Shown: piece by piece, positions 13,991-27,687 of the stretch
How the letters are laid out: every line of letters starts with the position of its first letter
Position numbering within the stretch: position 1 is the first letter of the stretch
NCBI GenBank assembly: GCA_000165425.1
Contig: CT868241.1
Location: forward strand, 62,001-126,000
From: Paramecium tetraurelia
Taxonomy: Eukaryota
Direction of reading: 5' to 3'
DNA length: 64,000 bases
Made by a program: the position numbers and the translations under genes
The notes under the pieces: generated by a model
Database searches by the model: none
Seen by the model: the letters and a program-made list of their open reading frames with translations, nothing else
What the model was told of the DNA's origin: nothing

Positions 13991-14537
13991 ATGTCTTAAT
14001 CACATTTAAAATGCACTTGCTAATCCTTTAGACAAACTCAAACCTATAGAGAAGATCCTGGGTTGATCGAGAAATTGAAGGAGAGATAAATGGAATTAGA
14101 AGAGAAATTATTGGATTTCGAACATAAGAAGGGTAATTTGGAAAGAGAAAATTTGATGTTTGAAGAGAATATCAAATTAGAATTGCAAGGGTTAAAAGGT
14201 AGAATATCGTGTACTAATAATTAGAAAACTAAGTGATTCAACAATAATTAACTGAAGAACTGAGAGATAATAAAATATTAACTTATAAGAAACAAAATGA
14301 ATTGCATTTATTGGTGCAGAATGTCCATGAAAATGAAGCAGAAAAGAAAGTTTATAAATATGGTTATGTTAGCAATTAATGAATGAAATGGAATTCCTGA
14401 AATAGTCATTGCTTCACACTAATGAAAATCAACAACAATTAGCCAAGAAGGAGGAACATATAAAATTATTATTAAACCGCATTTCAGAACTCGAACAGGG
14501 TATAACTTAACTAAAAAGGGAAGTATAATATTAATGA
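13991..14537 (+). CDS. Hypothetical coiled-coil protein
   Basis: MSQSHLKCTCQSFRQTQTYREDPGLIEKLKERQMELEEKLL...; short introns; ends LKREVQYQ*. Confidence 0.65.
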
Positions 14538-14546
14538 TTATATTTA

Positions 14547-15407
14547 ATGTAATTTTATTAAAAATTATATGATGAAAACCCTTACTTTAACAGATTCTTC
14601 TAGAACCACTTTTTATATTAGGGATTCAACATTTAGTTAACCGATTTACCTCATTTCAAAACCTAGTTTAATTTGAGAAGTAAGGAGAGTCTAAATTTGA
14701 CTTGGAGGCACAAATAAGACAATAAGAAATTCGTGTTCATAGCTAATAATTAGAGTACAAATACAATTATAAAATCGTAGTCGAAGGATTAATAAGTATT
14801 TGCAATAGTCATATTTTAGTAAATCCAATACTAGTTTCATTTGATCAATCGATCTAACAGGTATAGCCTTTTATTCGCTTTGAAATACAATGATGAAAAG
14901 AATCTATTAACCAAACACACATTCACTCCCTAAATACAAATCAGTTAGAATTTAGAAACAAACTCAAATGTGGATTTCGGATTCAAATATCACTATATGA
15001 ACAAAAAAGAAAATGTTGATTTTCGATTTAACATAATTTCTTCTCTTTCAAATAGGTCAAAACCTGAATACTGTTTGGTAGGCAATTTTATGCATCCACA
15101 CAAATTATAGATTGGATTGTAAAACAACCAAATTTGGTTAGGCCTCATCTGTAAATATAAAGCAATGAACATGTATAGTCTTGCACTGTATAATGTCAAC
15201 AATAAGAAATATGATGTGAGTGCTTATTTTCAGATAAACGAAATCGAAAATAGGTTGAATAACAAAATGAAATTTTTGATGGGGGTTTCAACAGAAAGAG
15301 AGATATTAGGAACTATTGATTTTATGACAAAAGTGGGTAAATTGGGATATTGTTTAAAATGGTAACACGTACGCGGTGTGAGTATGGGATATAAGGTTGA
15401 AATATGA
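14547..15407 (+). CDS. Putative mitochondrial outer-membrane beta-barrel (VDAC/Tom40 superfamily-like), about 280 aa
   Basis: Open frame MQFYQKLYDENPYFNRFFQNHF...; alternating-polarity strands (YSLLFALKY, VDFGFKYHY, VDFRFNI); C-terminal SMGYKVEI* fits the beta-signal. Confidence 0.5.
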
Positions 15408-15443
15408 ATTAAATTAAAAAATATATATAAAAATTAATTAAAA

Positions 15444-15662
15444 ATGGATTAATTGCTAGGGAAAATATTTTAATTGATAGCAATAGCAGCATTTCTTTAC
15501 GGCACATTAACAACATTTGGACAGCCCTTATTAGGTGAACAATACTAGATGTTTTTCTTCCCAAGATGGTTTTTCAACTGGGCTCCTGGTCTAGTAATAG
15601 GAAGTGTTTTAGGGTTAATATTTGTGTATTTGAATAAGTAGAGTAACATAAAAAAGAAATGA
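15444..15662 (+). CDS. DPM2: Dolichol-phosphate mannose synthase regulatory subunit 2 (72 aa)
   Basis: MDQLLGKIFQLIAIAAFLYGTLTTFGQPLLGEQYQMFFFPRWFFNWAPGLVIGSVLGLIFVYLNKQSNIKKK*; two TM helices, DQxxG, FxYxT, FxPR and a basic tail as in DPM2. Confidence 0.75.
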
Positions 15663-15689
15663 ATTTAATAAATATATTTAATATCATAT

Positions 15690-16655
15690 TCAACCAAGAT
15701 CTTTTCCTTCAAAAGCCATACCAATCAAATAGCTTGAGCTAGCTGTACATGCTCCTACAAACAGGGTTTCTGCAGCACATCTCCACCACGTTGCATATGA
15801 GAAGAACGATTTACTGACTCCCAATATTATCAAGAATAGAGCAGTCATTGCAATAGATATGTAAAACAATGTGTCAGTTGTGCCATCTGTCAATCCTGCA
15901 ATAGCTGCTACAATAAATGGAATAACTATGAAAATAATTAGTTTGAGAATATACTTGGAACTAATCCGAATAAAATAAAGGCAATGAAAGTTACCAATGC
16001 ATTCATCAATGGGTTTTCTTCTGAACCACCCAATTCTAATTCTTCCAACATCATGATATCTATAAATGCATCCTTATGTCTGCTTATAATATTCATAATC
16101 TTCTCTGCATCCTCCTGGTCCATTCCTTTTTTCTATTGTTTAAATATTCAAAATACTTTATACAAGTCTATCATCTCCTTTTTCTCTCCTTCCAAATTGT
16201 TTTCCACTTCCCACTTTTCCCTCTCTCTCTCCTACTTAAAAAACTACTATTCTGATTTCGTTGACAAATAATCACCCAAAGCCATAGATAATCCATCTCC
16301 TATCATATTGGCTACACCCAAAGCCAACACTGCTTGAACTCCAAAATTTCCCTATTTTTTATAATAAGATTTACGCCAATAACTGCAGTAACAACGGAGA
16401 ATGTCGTCATCATGCCATCCATTCCACCAAAAACCGAACTTCGTAAATAATTACCACCTGTTGAATGCTTCTCTTAATGGGAATCTAAGGAATGTTCTTA
16501 AACCTCAAAGTACCTTATTTTTATAATGGGTCATTTTCATTTCCTCTATTGTCCGTATATATTTATTCTGACGGATTGTAGTTATGAGCTTACTTAGTCA
16601 TCTCGACATTCTTGCCCATATAAGCTTATCTAGCCAATTCCAAGTCCCTGTTCAT
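15690..16655 (-). CDS. VIT1: VIT1/CCC1 vacuolar iron/manganese transporter
   Basis: YLRSSVFGGMDGMMTTFSVV, LGVANMIGDGLSMALGDYLSTKSE, MMLEELEL...NPLMNALVTFIAFILFGLVP. Confidence 0.92.
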
Positions 16656-16691
16656 TAAATATAATTATTAATAAATTTACAGTAAAACAAA

Positions 16692-18334
16692 TCATCTCTA
16701 ATCATGACTGTATCTAATCATTCCTAAAAACTCCTATTATTCTAACCTTTAGTGCTTGTCTGCTAATTTAGATTCTATCAAACTTATCCTTTGAAGTTGT
16801 GTATTTTTAGGAAATTAGAACAATTGCAATAAATTACATTACGCATTCTTTTAATTTTTCTTTTTGAAATTCCAATAGTTTAATCTGTAAGCGGCCTCCT
16901 ATAATTCTTTGATAGTCGGACTAATGTAAGCATGGCTTCTATATCTAAACCTGGTCTTCAACAAATCCTCGTATTTCTCCTTCAAAGTTTTATTCTCTCT
17001 TATTTAAAAAAACCATATTATCTCCTCTATTGGTCTCATTATCAAGAATGATATTATCAAATATGCTACTAATAGTAAAACAAAGAAAGTCATCGACAAA
17101 AGTATCAATGTGAAGCGTAAGTATTCATTTATTTTTTACTACTAATTAATTTAGTACTCCATAAGATAGCTGATATACTAATTGTAATCAATAATGCTAA
17201 TCTAAATAAATGTATTTAATACAATAAAATAAACAATTGTTGTTTTTTCAAATAAAATTTAATGATACTTTGAGTCCCTTTTAAGCTATTTTAAAATCGA
17301 TATTGTTCCGAATCACTTTCCTTCAATTATTACCATTAAGTGATATCAAACCCAGTGATACTTTGATTATAAAAGTAAACCGGAAAGGCAATTTTATTGT
17401 CATCAAACTTTATAATCATACCATCTTTGCTCACTATCAGTATACTCACGCTTTTATATTTATGTGTCATTTTTTCTGTGATTTATATTATATATTCTGG
17501 GAAGATATCCGCGCACCATGCTCCCTAAAACTACAATTGTCGATCTATCAACGGCATTGTCAAAGTTATTCCAATTTCTTTTGCTTAATTAACTGATACA
17601 TAAATATCATTAGTTTACATAAATATGGATCTGATATTGAATACTCGTACTCAAAATTTTTAGTAACTTTCTCAGATGCATTCTGAGCCTCTTTAAACCA
17701 TGGCCTTGATTCTGGAATGTATTCTTCAAATGATTCACCATATGAATAACATGGATACGAATATAGTATCTTGGGATTTTTTATTATGTATCCATAAATC
17801 AATGGCCTATTTTCATCAAATTGGGAATGAATGATTTATCCTAGAGGTGCCAAAAAGTCTGCGAATGAGACCTCTTAAATAACTTCAGTATTTTATGCCA
17901 GAAATTCCTGCTTAAATGCATAACATAATATTGAATCAGAATATTTCTAATTTTTTTTATCTGCCAAAACTGATGGAAAAGGATTTGAACCACCAAAGTT
18001 ATTTACGTTTATTTCATATGTAGTTACAATTCCTATATAATGTAGGTACAATTTATTTAGAATAATTAATGGAGTAGAGTCTATACTTATGATTAGGAAA
18101 ATTACTTATTTCAAAATAAGAATTAAAATGCTTTAAATAATAGTTTGTAAGGCTGGATTTATTTGAATTTACTCTCTCATAGATAATGTCAGATTAAGCC
18201 AAAAAATCTTGAAGTATATACTAACCTCCAAAATACCCTGTTAGATATGTTAAGACTGAAACTATTATGATAACTATGGTGGAGTATGTAAGTAATTAAG
18301 TTTTCATGGGTTGGTTACTTAAGAATGTCATCAT
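16692..18334 (-). CDS. Cache-domain membrane protein (TM-Cache-TM)
   Basis: N-terminal TM (TIVIIIVSVLTYLTGYL), YIPESRPWFKEA...SISDPY Cache-like motif, second TM near 17150-17240, short cytosolic tail. Confidence 0.65.
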
Positions 18335-18738
18335 AATATTAATTAATTTGTATATTTAGCATTTATTATAAAAATTTTTGATGTATACTTCTAATTGCCG
18401 ATGGTTACTTTCAAGTATGCATTTAATATCTGATCTTGTTGTTCGAGGTCTTAAATGTCAGATCCTACAATTCTGGCTAGTCTATAGAATTGATTTCATT
18501 CATATTATCACAATTGTTTATTTCAACTTTTTTAAGACTTGTTTAACCCCATCAGATTAAATAAAAATCTTTAGTGAAAGTATTTTGGGATTAGTATCTA
18601 TTATAATCATTTGAAATGTAATTTTTATTTTATAAAAATAAAATCACAATTCTTTTGATATTGAAGACAAAAAAAGTTAAATTATTTGAAAGTGCATTAG
18701 ATAAATGTTAAATTTGGATGATTATTATTATGTATAAA

Positions 18739-19909
18739 TCATTCAGATAACTTTTGGTTGATGTATTCAATTAATCTATCTACGATGTCAATTTCAGTTT
18801 ATCTAAATAGGATAAGTGTGAATACCTGCTGACTTTTTGATTACTATATTCTTGATCTTCCAATTCGTTAATTCTAGTTGCATCTTGAATATTTAATTGA
18901 GTAACTTCAACGATGGCATTAGAAATATTAATTAGTCCATCTAATTCATTTAATCTTGATTAGATCTCCTTGAGTCTATTATTTGCAGTAGCCAATGAAA
19001 CTTGGAGAGTTTATTTTTCATTTCTCAAATCATCACCTAATCTAGTGAGATTTTCAACTTAAGTCTTGTGGTTAGCCTCTAATTAATCTTAACCTTCTTG
19101 TAATGCAGTGATTAATCTAGCAACTAAGCTCAAAACATTATTTAGAGTTTCTGGATTGACTTTGGTGGTCATTTCAGCTAATCCTTCAATGATTGGTTGG
19201 AACAATGTTAATGAGCTTTTCTTTGTGTGTGCTTCTAAGATTTCTTTGATCTTTTGGAAATTCTCTTTGGTTTAGATGAGATTGCTCTTTGTGTCTTATC
19301 TAAAAAGATATTATGAATGGTATACGTCAATTATATTAATGATGCTCCTTCTCCTCTCAAATTAAGAAGTAATCTTTAAGCTTCCTTGCATGCAAGAATA
19401 GCATCACTATAATCTTAAAATTTAGCAGCAAAATCTGTGTTTTCAGCATCCAATCTGCCTTGGGCATCACCACTTCCTCTAGAATTACGATCTAAGGCTG
19501 CCTAATCTAAATAATAGTCAAAATGTAATATACCTTCTTTGACTCTTGTTTGTAATGTACTTAATTCATTGGTCAAACTTGATTGTTCTTATCTTTAATT
19601 GTCAAGATCTTATTAAGCTTATTCAAGAGTGGCTTAGAGTTTAGCCAAATCAACTTGACTTCTTCTAGTAAAAGTGGCACTTTCTTAGTCTTACAATTAG
19701 GTTAAGGCTATCAATTCATCCTTAATTTATTATAAGAGCTATTTTAATTCATTTAATGATCCTCCTGTTTTCATGTTAACACTTACTAAATTTATCATGG
19801 ATGATCCAAAAGGATGATCACCATATCCTGATAGTCTTTCCTTGAGTTCAGAAACTGTAGTTGCCTAGAGACAGGCAATCAAAACAACAACCAACAAAGC
19901 TGATTTCAT
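18739..19909 (-). CDS. Trichocyst matrix protein (TMP) family precursor
   Basis: Signal peptide MKSALLVVVLIACLQA; DHPFGSSMINLVSVNMKTGGSLNELKQLL resembles the TMP pro-region and TGG processing site; acidic coiled coils. Confidence 0.8.
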
Positions 19910-19982
19910 TTATTATATTAATCAAAAGAAAGAAAAAAGAGAAAAACGAATATTATCTTAAACATAATTATTACTATACAAA

Positions 19983-20894
19983 TCACTTTTTGAATCCTCT
20001 TCTTTCTTTCATTCTTTTGATTGCTTCTTCCTTTGTTAATTCTTCATCGTCATCAGATTCATCATCATCCACATCATCTCCCTCATAATCTTCATCTTCC
20101 ACATGTACATCCAAATAGTATTCCAAAGAATATGGCAATATTTCATCATAAATCAATCTACAAATGTCATAACACATATCCATCTTTTACTATTATTCTT
20201 CCTTCTTTTCCTCTTCCAATTTCTCCCAATCCTTTACATCCAAATTCTTAAATAATTAAAATAATGTCTTTTATTCTACTTCCTTAACCTTCTTCTTCTA
20301 CTTGTTCTTCTTCTTAACAATCTTCACTGAAATGTTCTTCCCTTCTTTCCAATTTATTTTTGTGCTCTCAACCTTAAGTGGCTCTCCCTATTTATCATCC
20401 AATAAAAACTCCACTTTCAATTCTTCCTCTGGGAAATAATCATTTGCTTTGAATTAGAACACCAATCCTAACTTGTGTTACTCCTTGTTTTCAAATCCTT
20501 TGATATTTGTAATTGCCTTTAACAAAGGTTCGTCCTTATCTCCAATCACTTCAGTTTTTAATGTCTTTGAATTTAACAACACTTTAGACCAATAATTTTC
20601 GATTGGTTCCTTGTTATCCAAAATGGGTTACTCTTGAGCATTTAAGTATTCCTTCAAGTCTTCTACCTCCTCTTCCTTTACAACTCTTTACCCTGAGATT
20701 ATTTAATTTGAGGCTTCAATTAAAGGTTCAACTCTCTTCTTATAATCAGCCTCCATCTAGTCTAATTCTTAATCCTATTAATGATCCAAGTTCTTTCTGT
20801 CATACAAGCTCTATGCCAAAGCAATTAATTAGATCTTTGTTTATAGATCATAACCTTTGAGTTTCTCTTTGATTTGATCGTAATTAAATTCCAT
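19983..20894 (-). CDS. NAP1: Nucleosome assembly protein (NAP1/SET family)
   Basis: IENYWSKVLLN...DKDEPLLKAITNI, FKANDYF, TKINWKEGKN, IYDEILPYSLEYYL, acidic tail; intronless, 303 aa. Confidence 0.9.
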
Positions 20895-21401
20895 TTAAAA
20901 TTTATATTATTATAGAAAAAATCAAATATTTAAGTTTTTCTTGTTATTTTCTATAAGCAACTCCCAGAGTTCTAATCTAGAGAATATTTTGTTGCATATT
21001 TTCTGAAACTATGATTGATCCAATAATATATATCAACAAATTTTTCTTGAATTAAAACATCACCTAATTCAAATTTCATTGGTTTATCAAAGTAGAATAA
21101 GATGCTCCTCTGATTTTTCTCTATACATACTGCTCATAACTGAGCTTTATTAAATAACTGGTCCATTTTGTTATTAAAAATTCAGTAATTTATCTTTTGT
21201 TGATACTAATCTTTATGACTCTTTAAACTTCAAAAAGATGTGTCTCCAAAAGTGAAAAAAGCAATAAATGAGTAATCTTCTAGTACTTGTTAATTTAGTA
21301 TAATTATACGAAAATATTGATGAATTTAATTCACAATACAATACAATAAAAATATTTTAGAATATTATTGATTTGAATCAATAGCATTACATAATTAAAT
21401 A

Positions 21402-22377
21402 TCAATGTTTAACGTAAGTATCCCAAAAGATTCGGCCTTGCTCGTATCTATAAATGGTGTTAATTTAAGTACCCAACTAATTGCGCTGAACATGCTACCA
21501 TATAATAGATTGCACAACTATTGAATCCTTGCCAAAAACCTTTGAATCCTCCTACTTTATATATTTCTTTAATGCATTTCGAAATGCCACCATCAATACC
21601 TTAAAACTTTCGGTTTTATTTAGATTCAAGAATTTCATACTAGATTTTTGTTTTCACCATATCTTAGGGATAAGAAAAACATATGCAGACTAAACCTGCA
21701 GCTATTCCAGCTAGAAATTAATCAAATATGTTTAAATATCCTTTCTGACTTTGTAAATATTATTTAGTAGATTCAAATGCAATAAAGAAGGTTGAGTACT
21801 GAGGAATGTCTCTGAAAATTGTGGAATTCACTCCCTTGAAAACTGCAGCAATTCCCTCCTTTTGAACAAACTCAAGCATGCATCTCAAGACGGAATTACG
21901 CTTTCTCTCTGAAATTTGCATCTGGAAAACGATCTTAAATAGTTCTGATGGACTTGTAACAAAACTCTATATAAATCCAGCATACACTCCACCAACACCC
22001 CCTGCTTAATGAAGTTAAACATACAATGCATCAGTTAATAGGAATCTCTATCCACTTAAAAATATCTCATGTATTATTCATAGCATGCAAACAATGTTGC
22101 TGAAACTGGAAAACTAAATAACAGTGGTGATACCACTCCTTTATAGAAAGCAAAGGGCTAGTGTTTATAACAAAATGATTAGTACTCCTTCGTATTTAAA
22201 TATTTTATAGGCTGTTTTTAGAATAGAGGTATTTTCAGAGACCATCTACATTCTCACTTTAATTGTACTACTATCAAGTATTAATTATTACTCGAAGGGA
22301 TGTGCACTCAAAACAAATGTTACGCCTCCTAACGATCCTGCGAATGTATCCTGAAGAAATTCATTCCATTAATCCAT
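21402..22377 (-). CDS. Mitochondrial carrier (SLC25; carnitine/ornithine-carrier-like)
   Basis: FAGSLGGVTFVLSAHPFDTIKVRMQ, PSELFKIVFQ and YPQDMVKTKIQ are three Px[DE]xx[KR] repeats; IFRDIPQYS. Confidence 0.9.
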
Positions 22378-22842
22378 TTATAATATAAAAAAACTCTATA
22401 TAATATTCTTATTTATGGTTTTAATTAAAAGGTTATTAAAAGAAGTAACATTGTCAATTAACATCGACCAGAATCTTTATTATATATATACTTTTTGAAA
22501 AAAGTTAAAACAATATTATTTCTCAAATTGTAATTATATGTTAGTATAATTTATGCAGATAATGTAATAGATTGATTAAATGATCATAAATCCAATTTTG
22601 AATTAGACTCATTAAATTTGTTTAAATTTAATTTTTAATGATTGAATGATTTTCTTTTATTATGAATTCAAGAAAATTTAAAAGCATTTTGAAACATTTC
22701 TTAAACATATGAGTGCATTTGATTGAATAGCCAAAACAATAATATAGGATTAGATTGCTTAGAATAAGTTTTACTTATTATTATTAAAATCTGTATCAAA
22801 TATTTATAATTTGATTATGTATTATAATTAATAACTCAAATA

Positions 22843-23567
22843 TCATTTAAAGTCTGGTTATTAATCTGGTTATGCTTTATAAAATGATGGTAAGTCTTTC
22901 AAGTTATTATATACCTCTTGAATTGTTGGGAATAAGGTGATGTCTAACTTGAATCTTGCAATAGCTCCCATAACTTATGGAACTAAGAAACAATCTGCCA
23001 AAGTGATTTCATCTCCAAAAGAGTACTTACCATGATTCTATAATAATAATTTCTCAAGAGCTATAGTAATATTAATGTGGATACATACTTTAAAATTCAC
23101 TCTTTAACACATTTTGAACGAATTCAACTCTGTCAAATTTTTCTACATACTTTTCTATCCATTCAAACAAAATTAGATTCTGATATGGATGCATTCCTGA
23201 GTTAATGAGTTCACAAAAGCCTCTAAGTGTATTTGATGAATTATATTACCTAACCTTGGCCTTCAATACAGGATCTTATGGTAACAGCCTCTTTTCAGGG
23301 TACACATCATCTAAATACTCTGCAATTGCCATGCTCTCGATTAAAATTGTACCATCTGGAAGATGTAAAGCAGGAACAGCCTAAGAATATAGAGAATAAG
23401 CACACCTAATTTGGCAATTCTTGGCTATGATCTTCAGATTTATGTTCACTTGAGAGGAGATTAATGAATTTTGGCTCATAATCAATCTCCTTCAGGTTTA
23501 AAACAATTCTGATTCTGTGTGAGGTGGATGATCTAAAGTATGTGAATAATCTTAATTTTTATTACAT
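22843..23567 (-). CDS. GSTZ1: Glutathione S-transferase zeta / maleylacetoacetate isomerase
   Basis: LFTYFRSSTSHRIRIVLNLKEIDY, VPAL, ESMAIAEYLDD, INSGMHPYQNL, GDEITLADCFLVPQV, C-terminal PDQQPD. Confidence 0.9.
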
Positions 23568-23696
23568 ATTATAAATAATTGTATATAATGATCATTGAAT
23601 TAGATATGATATTATTTGACTATTGCGTTAACCAATGCCAAAAGTTGTACATAAATTTAAACATGCTTTTATAACAACTTATTTAGTAAATTAAAT

Positions 23697-26600
23697 ATGT
23701 ATTTAATCATATTCTATATCATCACTGCACATGCTGAAATTTTATAAATTATTCCTAATTTGATTAACTATTAGTATCCGACTATGGAGTAAGAATGTGA
23801 AAATGTTGAACTTTAACAAAATACATATTTCTACCCAGATATTAATAAAGAAATAAATGGAATTTTTAAACAGGCTAATAGTTTTTAAGGATTAGTCAAT
23901 GATCAATGGAATTTAACATTCATTAATAAGATTTTTTAAATTTAGTTAGTACCTGATTCCTATAGTATTTTATCATCAGAATATTTGAATATTAAGAATA
24001 AGAAATATATATGTACTTTACATTAAAATTAAGAAAATTATAATTACTAAGTTAGTTGTAAATAAGCAAAACCACAGAAATATATTGATAATCAACCTCA
24101 ATTTAGTGAGGTATTTGAGTATTCATTTTCAATACAACACGAGGAAGGACTTCATTGTAGCAACTTTAAATTTTAAGAAGATTAAATATACATTTTTTGC
24201 TTCATAAATGATCAAATGATAATAAATACTTTTGATTTAACGGGCTATAAATAATCATATAATTTTACTATCTCAACTAAATAATGTAGTAGCAAATTTA
24301 ATATTCTACAAGAGCCAATCATCATAGTAACCTTTTATTTGTGTGATGAATGGGAAATTTTAATTTTTGATAAACATTTAAACTATTTAAAAAGGATCAC
24401 CAATAAAGAAGTAAATAAAGAGGGAGAAATAGATTCTTATGGGCAGTTATAAAATTTCCATACTTGTTATAATACGTTGTATTTGATTTTTAGTCAAGTA
24501 TACTTCTTAATAGAGTGTTCAACTTTTTTAGTCCCTAGATTTTCATTTAAATCTTTAGCTCAATAAAACGCAATTACATAATTATAGTTACTTATGATTC
24601 TAAGTTGTTCCCAATATGATTTTTTTGTTCCTCGACAAAATATTATTGAATTAATCCCTAAAGTAAGAATCTAAGATATAAAAAAAGTGGCAGCCTTCGA
24701 CTCCTAAATTTTTTTTATTTAATATTCAGACCATCTCCTAGCTATTGCATCAAGAGAAATAAATTAAGTTATTAATATTAAGGTCAAATAAATATTTGCA
24801 GTCTACAGAGACGATAATATCTTTTGGATTGTAGATGATACAAATTAAGTCCATGGATTTGAAATAAATCTATTTTAGAAGTATATGCTATACTAATAAC
24901 AGGGATAATATTTAGGAATTTATAAGGTTGATAATTATAATGTTTAATTAATAAAATGCTTTATTATCTTTGAACATCATGATGAAAATGATTAATTAAA
25001 AGTAAAAATGTAGAATCTAAAGAAATAAAATCATTTGATTTAAATACAAAATAATTATAATGATGTTTAGATTGACAGGTTCAAATTCAATTTAATTAGA
25101 AATATAAATTTTTAACTATACTTTCCAAACTCATTTTCAGTATAGAAGGAATCTACTGAAAACTATATATCAAGCTAACTAAAAAAGTTAAAAGTTACTG
25201 GTTAATTCTTTTTATTTAAAATTAAATCACAAATTTATTTACTGTTTAATAAAAAAGACAATCTTGTAGTCACATATAATCTTAACTCTTCAGGCTTTAG
25301 TAGTTATAGTATTAAAATGGATTTAAATTTAATAAAAACTTATTATGAAGTAATGGACGCCAAGTTTGCTTTAGTGCACGAAACCTATGGGAAGATATAC
25401 CTGTTTAAATCATCATAATGGAGAGAAAATACGTTAAGTTGTGAAATTCATGAATTCAAAGAGTAGATAAGAATTTCATTTTAAAATCGAAATTTAATTT
25501 CCTTATAATTAGCAAATTCCTCAGAAACACTTTTTGAAGATTATAATCTAAATTAATTCGTAAGTTAACCAATTCATCGTTTTAATATTGATGAAACAAA
25601 CATTTTCAAGGAACATCTATAAGGTGCTACAAAAGTTCTGAATCTTTAAAATTTTTATATTTTCTAAAAGGAATCGCATTTATTAATAGAATTAGGAACT
25701 ACTGATACTTTAGGTATTATAATTTAGTTAAGTAATAGTAATCCAATAAAAATTGTTGTTATTAGGGGGACAGTTGAAAAGAAAAATTCCTCCAAAACTA
25801 ATTTTGCTAGTAATGAATAAAGAAATGACCGCCATCCATAAGTATTTGATTGCTAGCCAAAAATTTTAAAAACTTTCAACATTTAACTTTTTAGATTATA
25901 TACCAATTTAACCATTATACTATTAGATTTTGGGAAACATTTTTATAATAGTAACCCAAAAATAGGGTAAGGATTTATTTCATATTTTATTATTTAATCT
26001 TGATTAGCAGAGCAATCTTGAATACTATGATATAATATCAACACCTTATTAATATTTTTATGCTTTTTCTGGCATCCTTTATTATTACGATCATAATCAA
26101 GAAATAGCATATTATAACTTTTAGTATATCACCTTATTTTTTGATCTAAAATAAATCAATTCAATCACATACTAAGAATAATTATAATTAGATATATATG
26201 ACAAATCTGAAAAAGATAATAAAGTTTATAGTGATTAATTAAACATATAAGTACTCAATTTTCAATTCAATTTATAACTTATCAATTAAAGCAATCCCCA
26301 AATTATCATGGAAAATAATTAAGCTTTCCTAAATCCAAATAAATTTGTATAAGGATCATTTTTTAATTTCAAATTGAAAAATACAACCTATTTTACCTTA
26401 TAAAATCCTTTTAAACTTGCTGGTAAAAAATAATGTCTTTATTTCTTAAATAATTTATGTCTAAATGAAGGAAATCCATTTTTTATAGTTTAAGATTTAA
26501 CAAAAGATTATGAGAGCAATTTATCGTTACCATTTAGCATCTTGAAGCATGATATGAGAACAGTTAATGCTGTTGGTGAGGGAATATTAATAATAAATTA

Positions 26601-27594
26601 AACTGATAAAAACCACTTAGAAATAATTTATATAAATAACGGCAGTGAATAGGTTATTTTAATAGAAGGAGTATTCTTAGCATCCACATTATAAAACTAA
26701 ATATTACAGGTCTAATTTCTTAATTTTTCCAATTTTTATTTTATCAATGATTAAATTACTTTTATATCCTCTATTTAAAATATTGATGATGATTAAACAG
26801 TTTTTTTATATCGTTCAATCGATAGTGATAAATTTTGTTAAATTCTATTTGGAAAATATTAAGTAAAAATAGGTTGTTATTAAATAAATTCAGAAGGTTT
26901 AATTCATAATTACTAAAATTATACAATACCTACTATAGACATCTACAATAAAATTGAATTAAGTCATTATCTCCCAAAGTTTAATTAATCTATTTAATTT
27001 AGCATTTTAAATTTATCTTAGACTTTAGAAGAAGAACTAGATATAAAAATAGTTATTAATTACAAAACGGCTTTATTATTTTATTTGTAGATAATTCTAA
27101 AACAAAAAGAAACTAATATTAAATTAAATAATATTATTAGACCTTCTAATTTCAATATTCTTTGTTAATACTTTCTTATACAAAATAAATTTTTGCACAA
27201 TTGTATCCACTTTTAATTAATTTTATATGACCTCTAAAGTGGATTTTAACAATTAAATCCAATCGGCACTTTAATTTTAGAGAATGAAACATTTTCTTAG
27301 TTAAATAATACTCACATAGCTGTATACAATAAAATGGATAAATTTGTAACAATATATAGAATTGATCAATGGACATTAGTTAAAAATGATAACATTAATA
27401 TAGAAGGAGAAGAAAGTGTTACATTTCTAGTATCGAGCGAGGTAGCTGACTTAGAATTTAGAGTAAATGTTGTGAATAAAAAAGAAAGAGAGGATGAATA
27501 TCATTATAGACTTATTCCAATTGGAATTCTTGTTATCAACAATTTTTCTATTCTACTCTTCATAACTATATGTAAAAAACAAAAGAAAAGATGA
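23697..27594 (+). CDS. Large type I membrane protein (about 1290 aa), function unknown
   Basis: Signal peptide MYLIIFYIITAHA; long ectodomain; a 25-nt intron at 25714-25738 restores frame; C-terminal TM LIPIGILVINNFSILLFITIC then KKQKKR*. Confidence 0.7.
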
Positions 27595-27687
27595 ATTATT
27601 CATTAATTAAATAAATACCTTAAAATATAAATTATACTTAAAATTATATTATTTAATTTATATAAATAATTCATTTACATCTGAATA

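Noticed and set aside
18378..18613. Short + strand ORF between the Cache and TMP genes
   Set aside because: No motif and no support beyond an open frame, which is common when TGA is the only stop
20930..21290. Possible small gene between NAP1 and the carrier
   Set aside because: Candidate ATGs hit TGA within about 10-16 codons
25700..26010. Suspected retained IES or frameshift in the large membrane-protein gene
   Set aside because: Explained by a canonical 25-nt intron at 25714-25738
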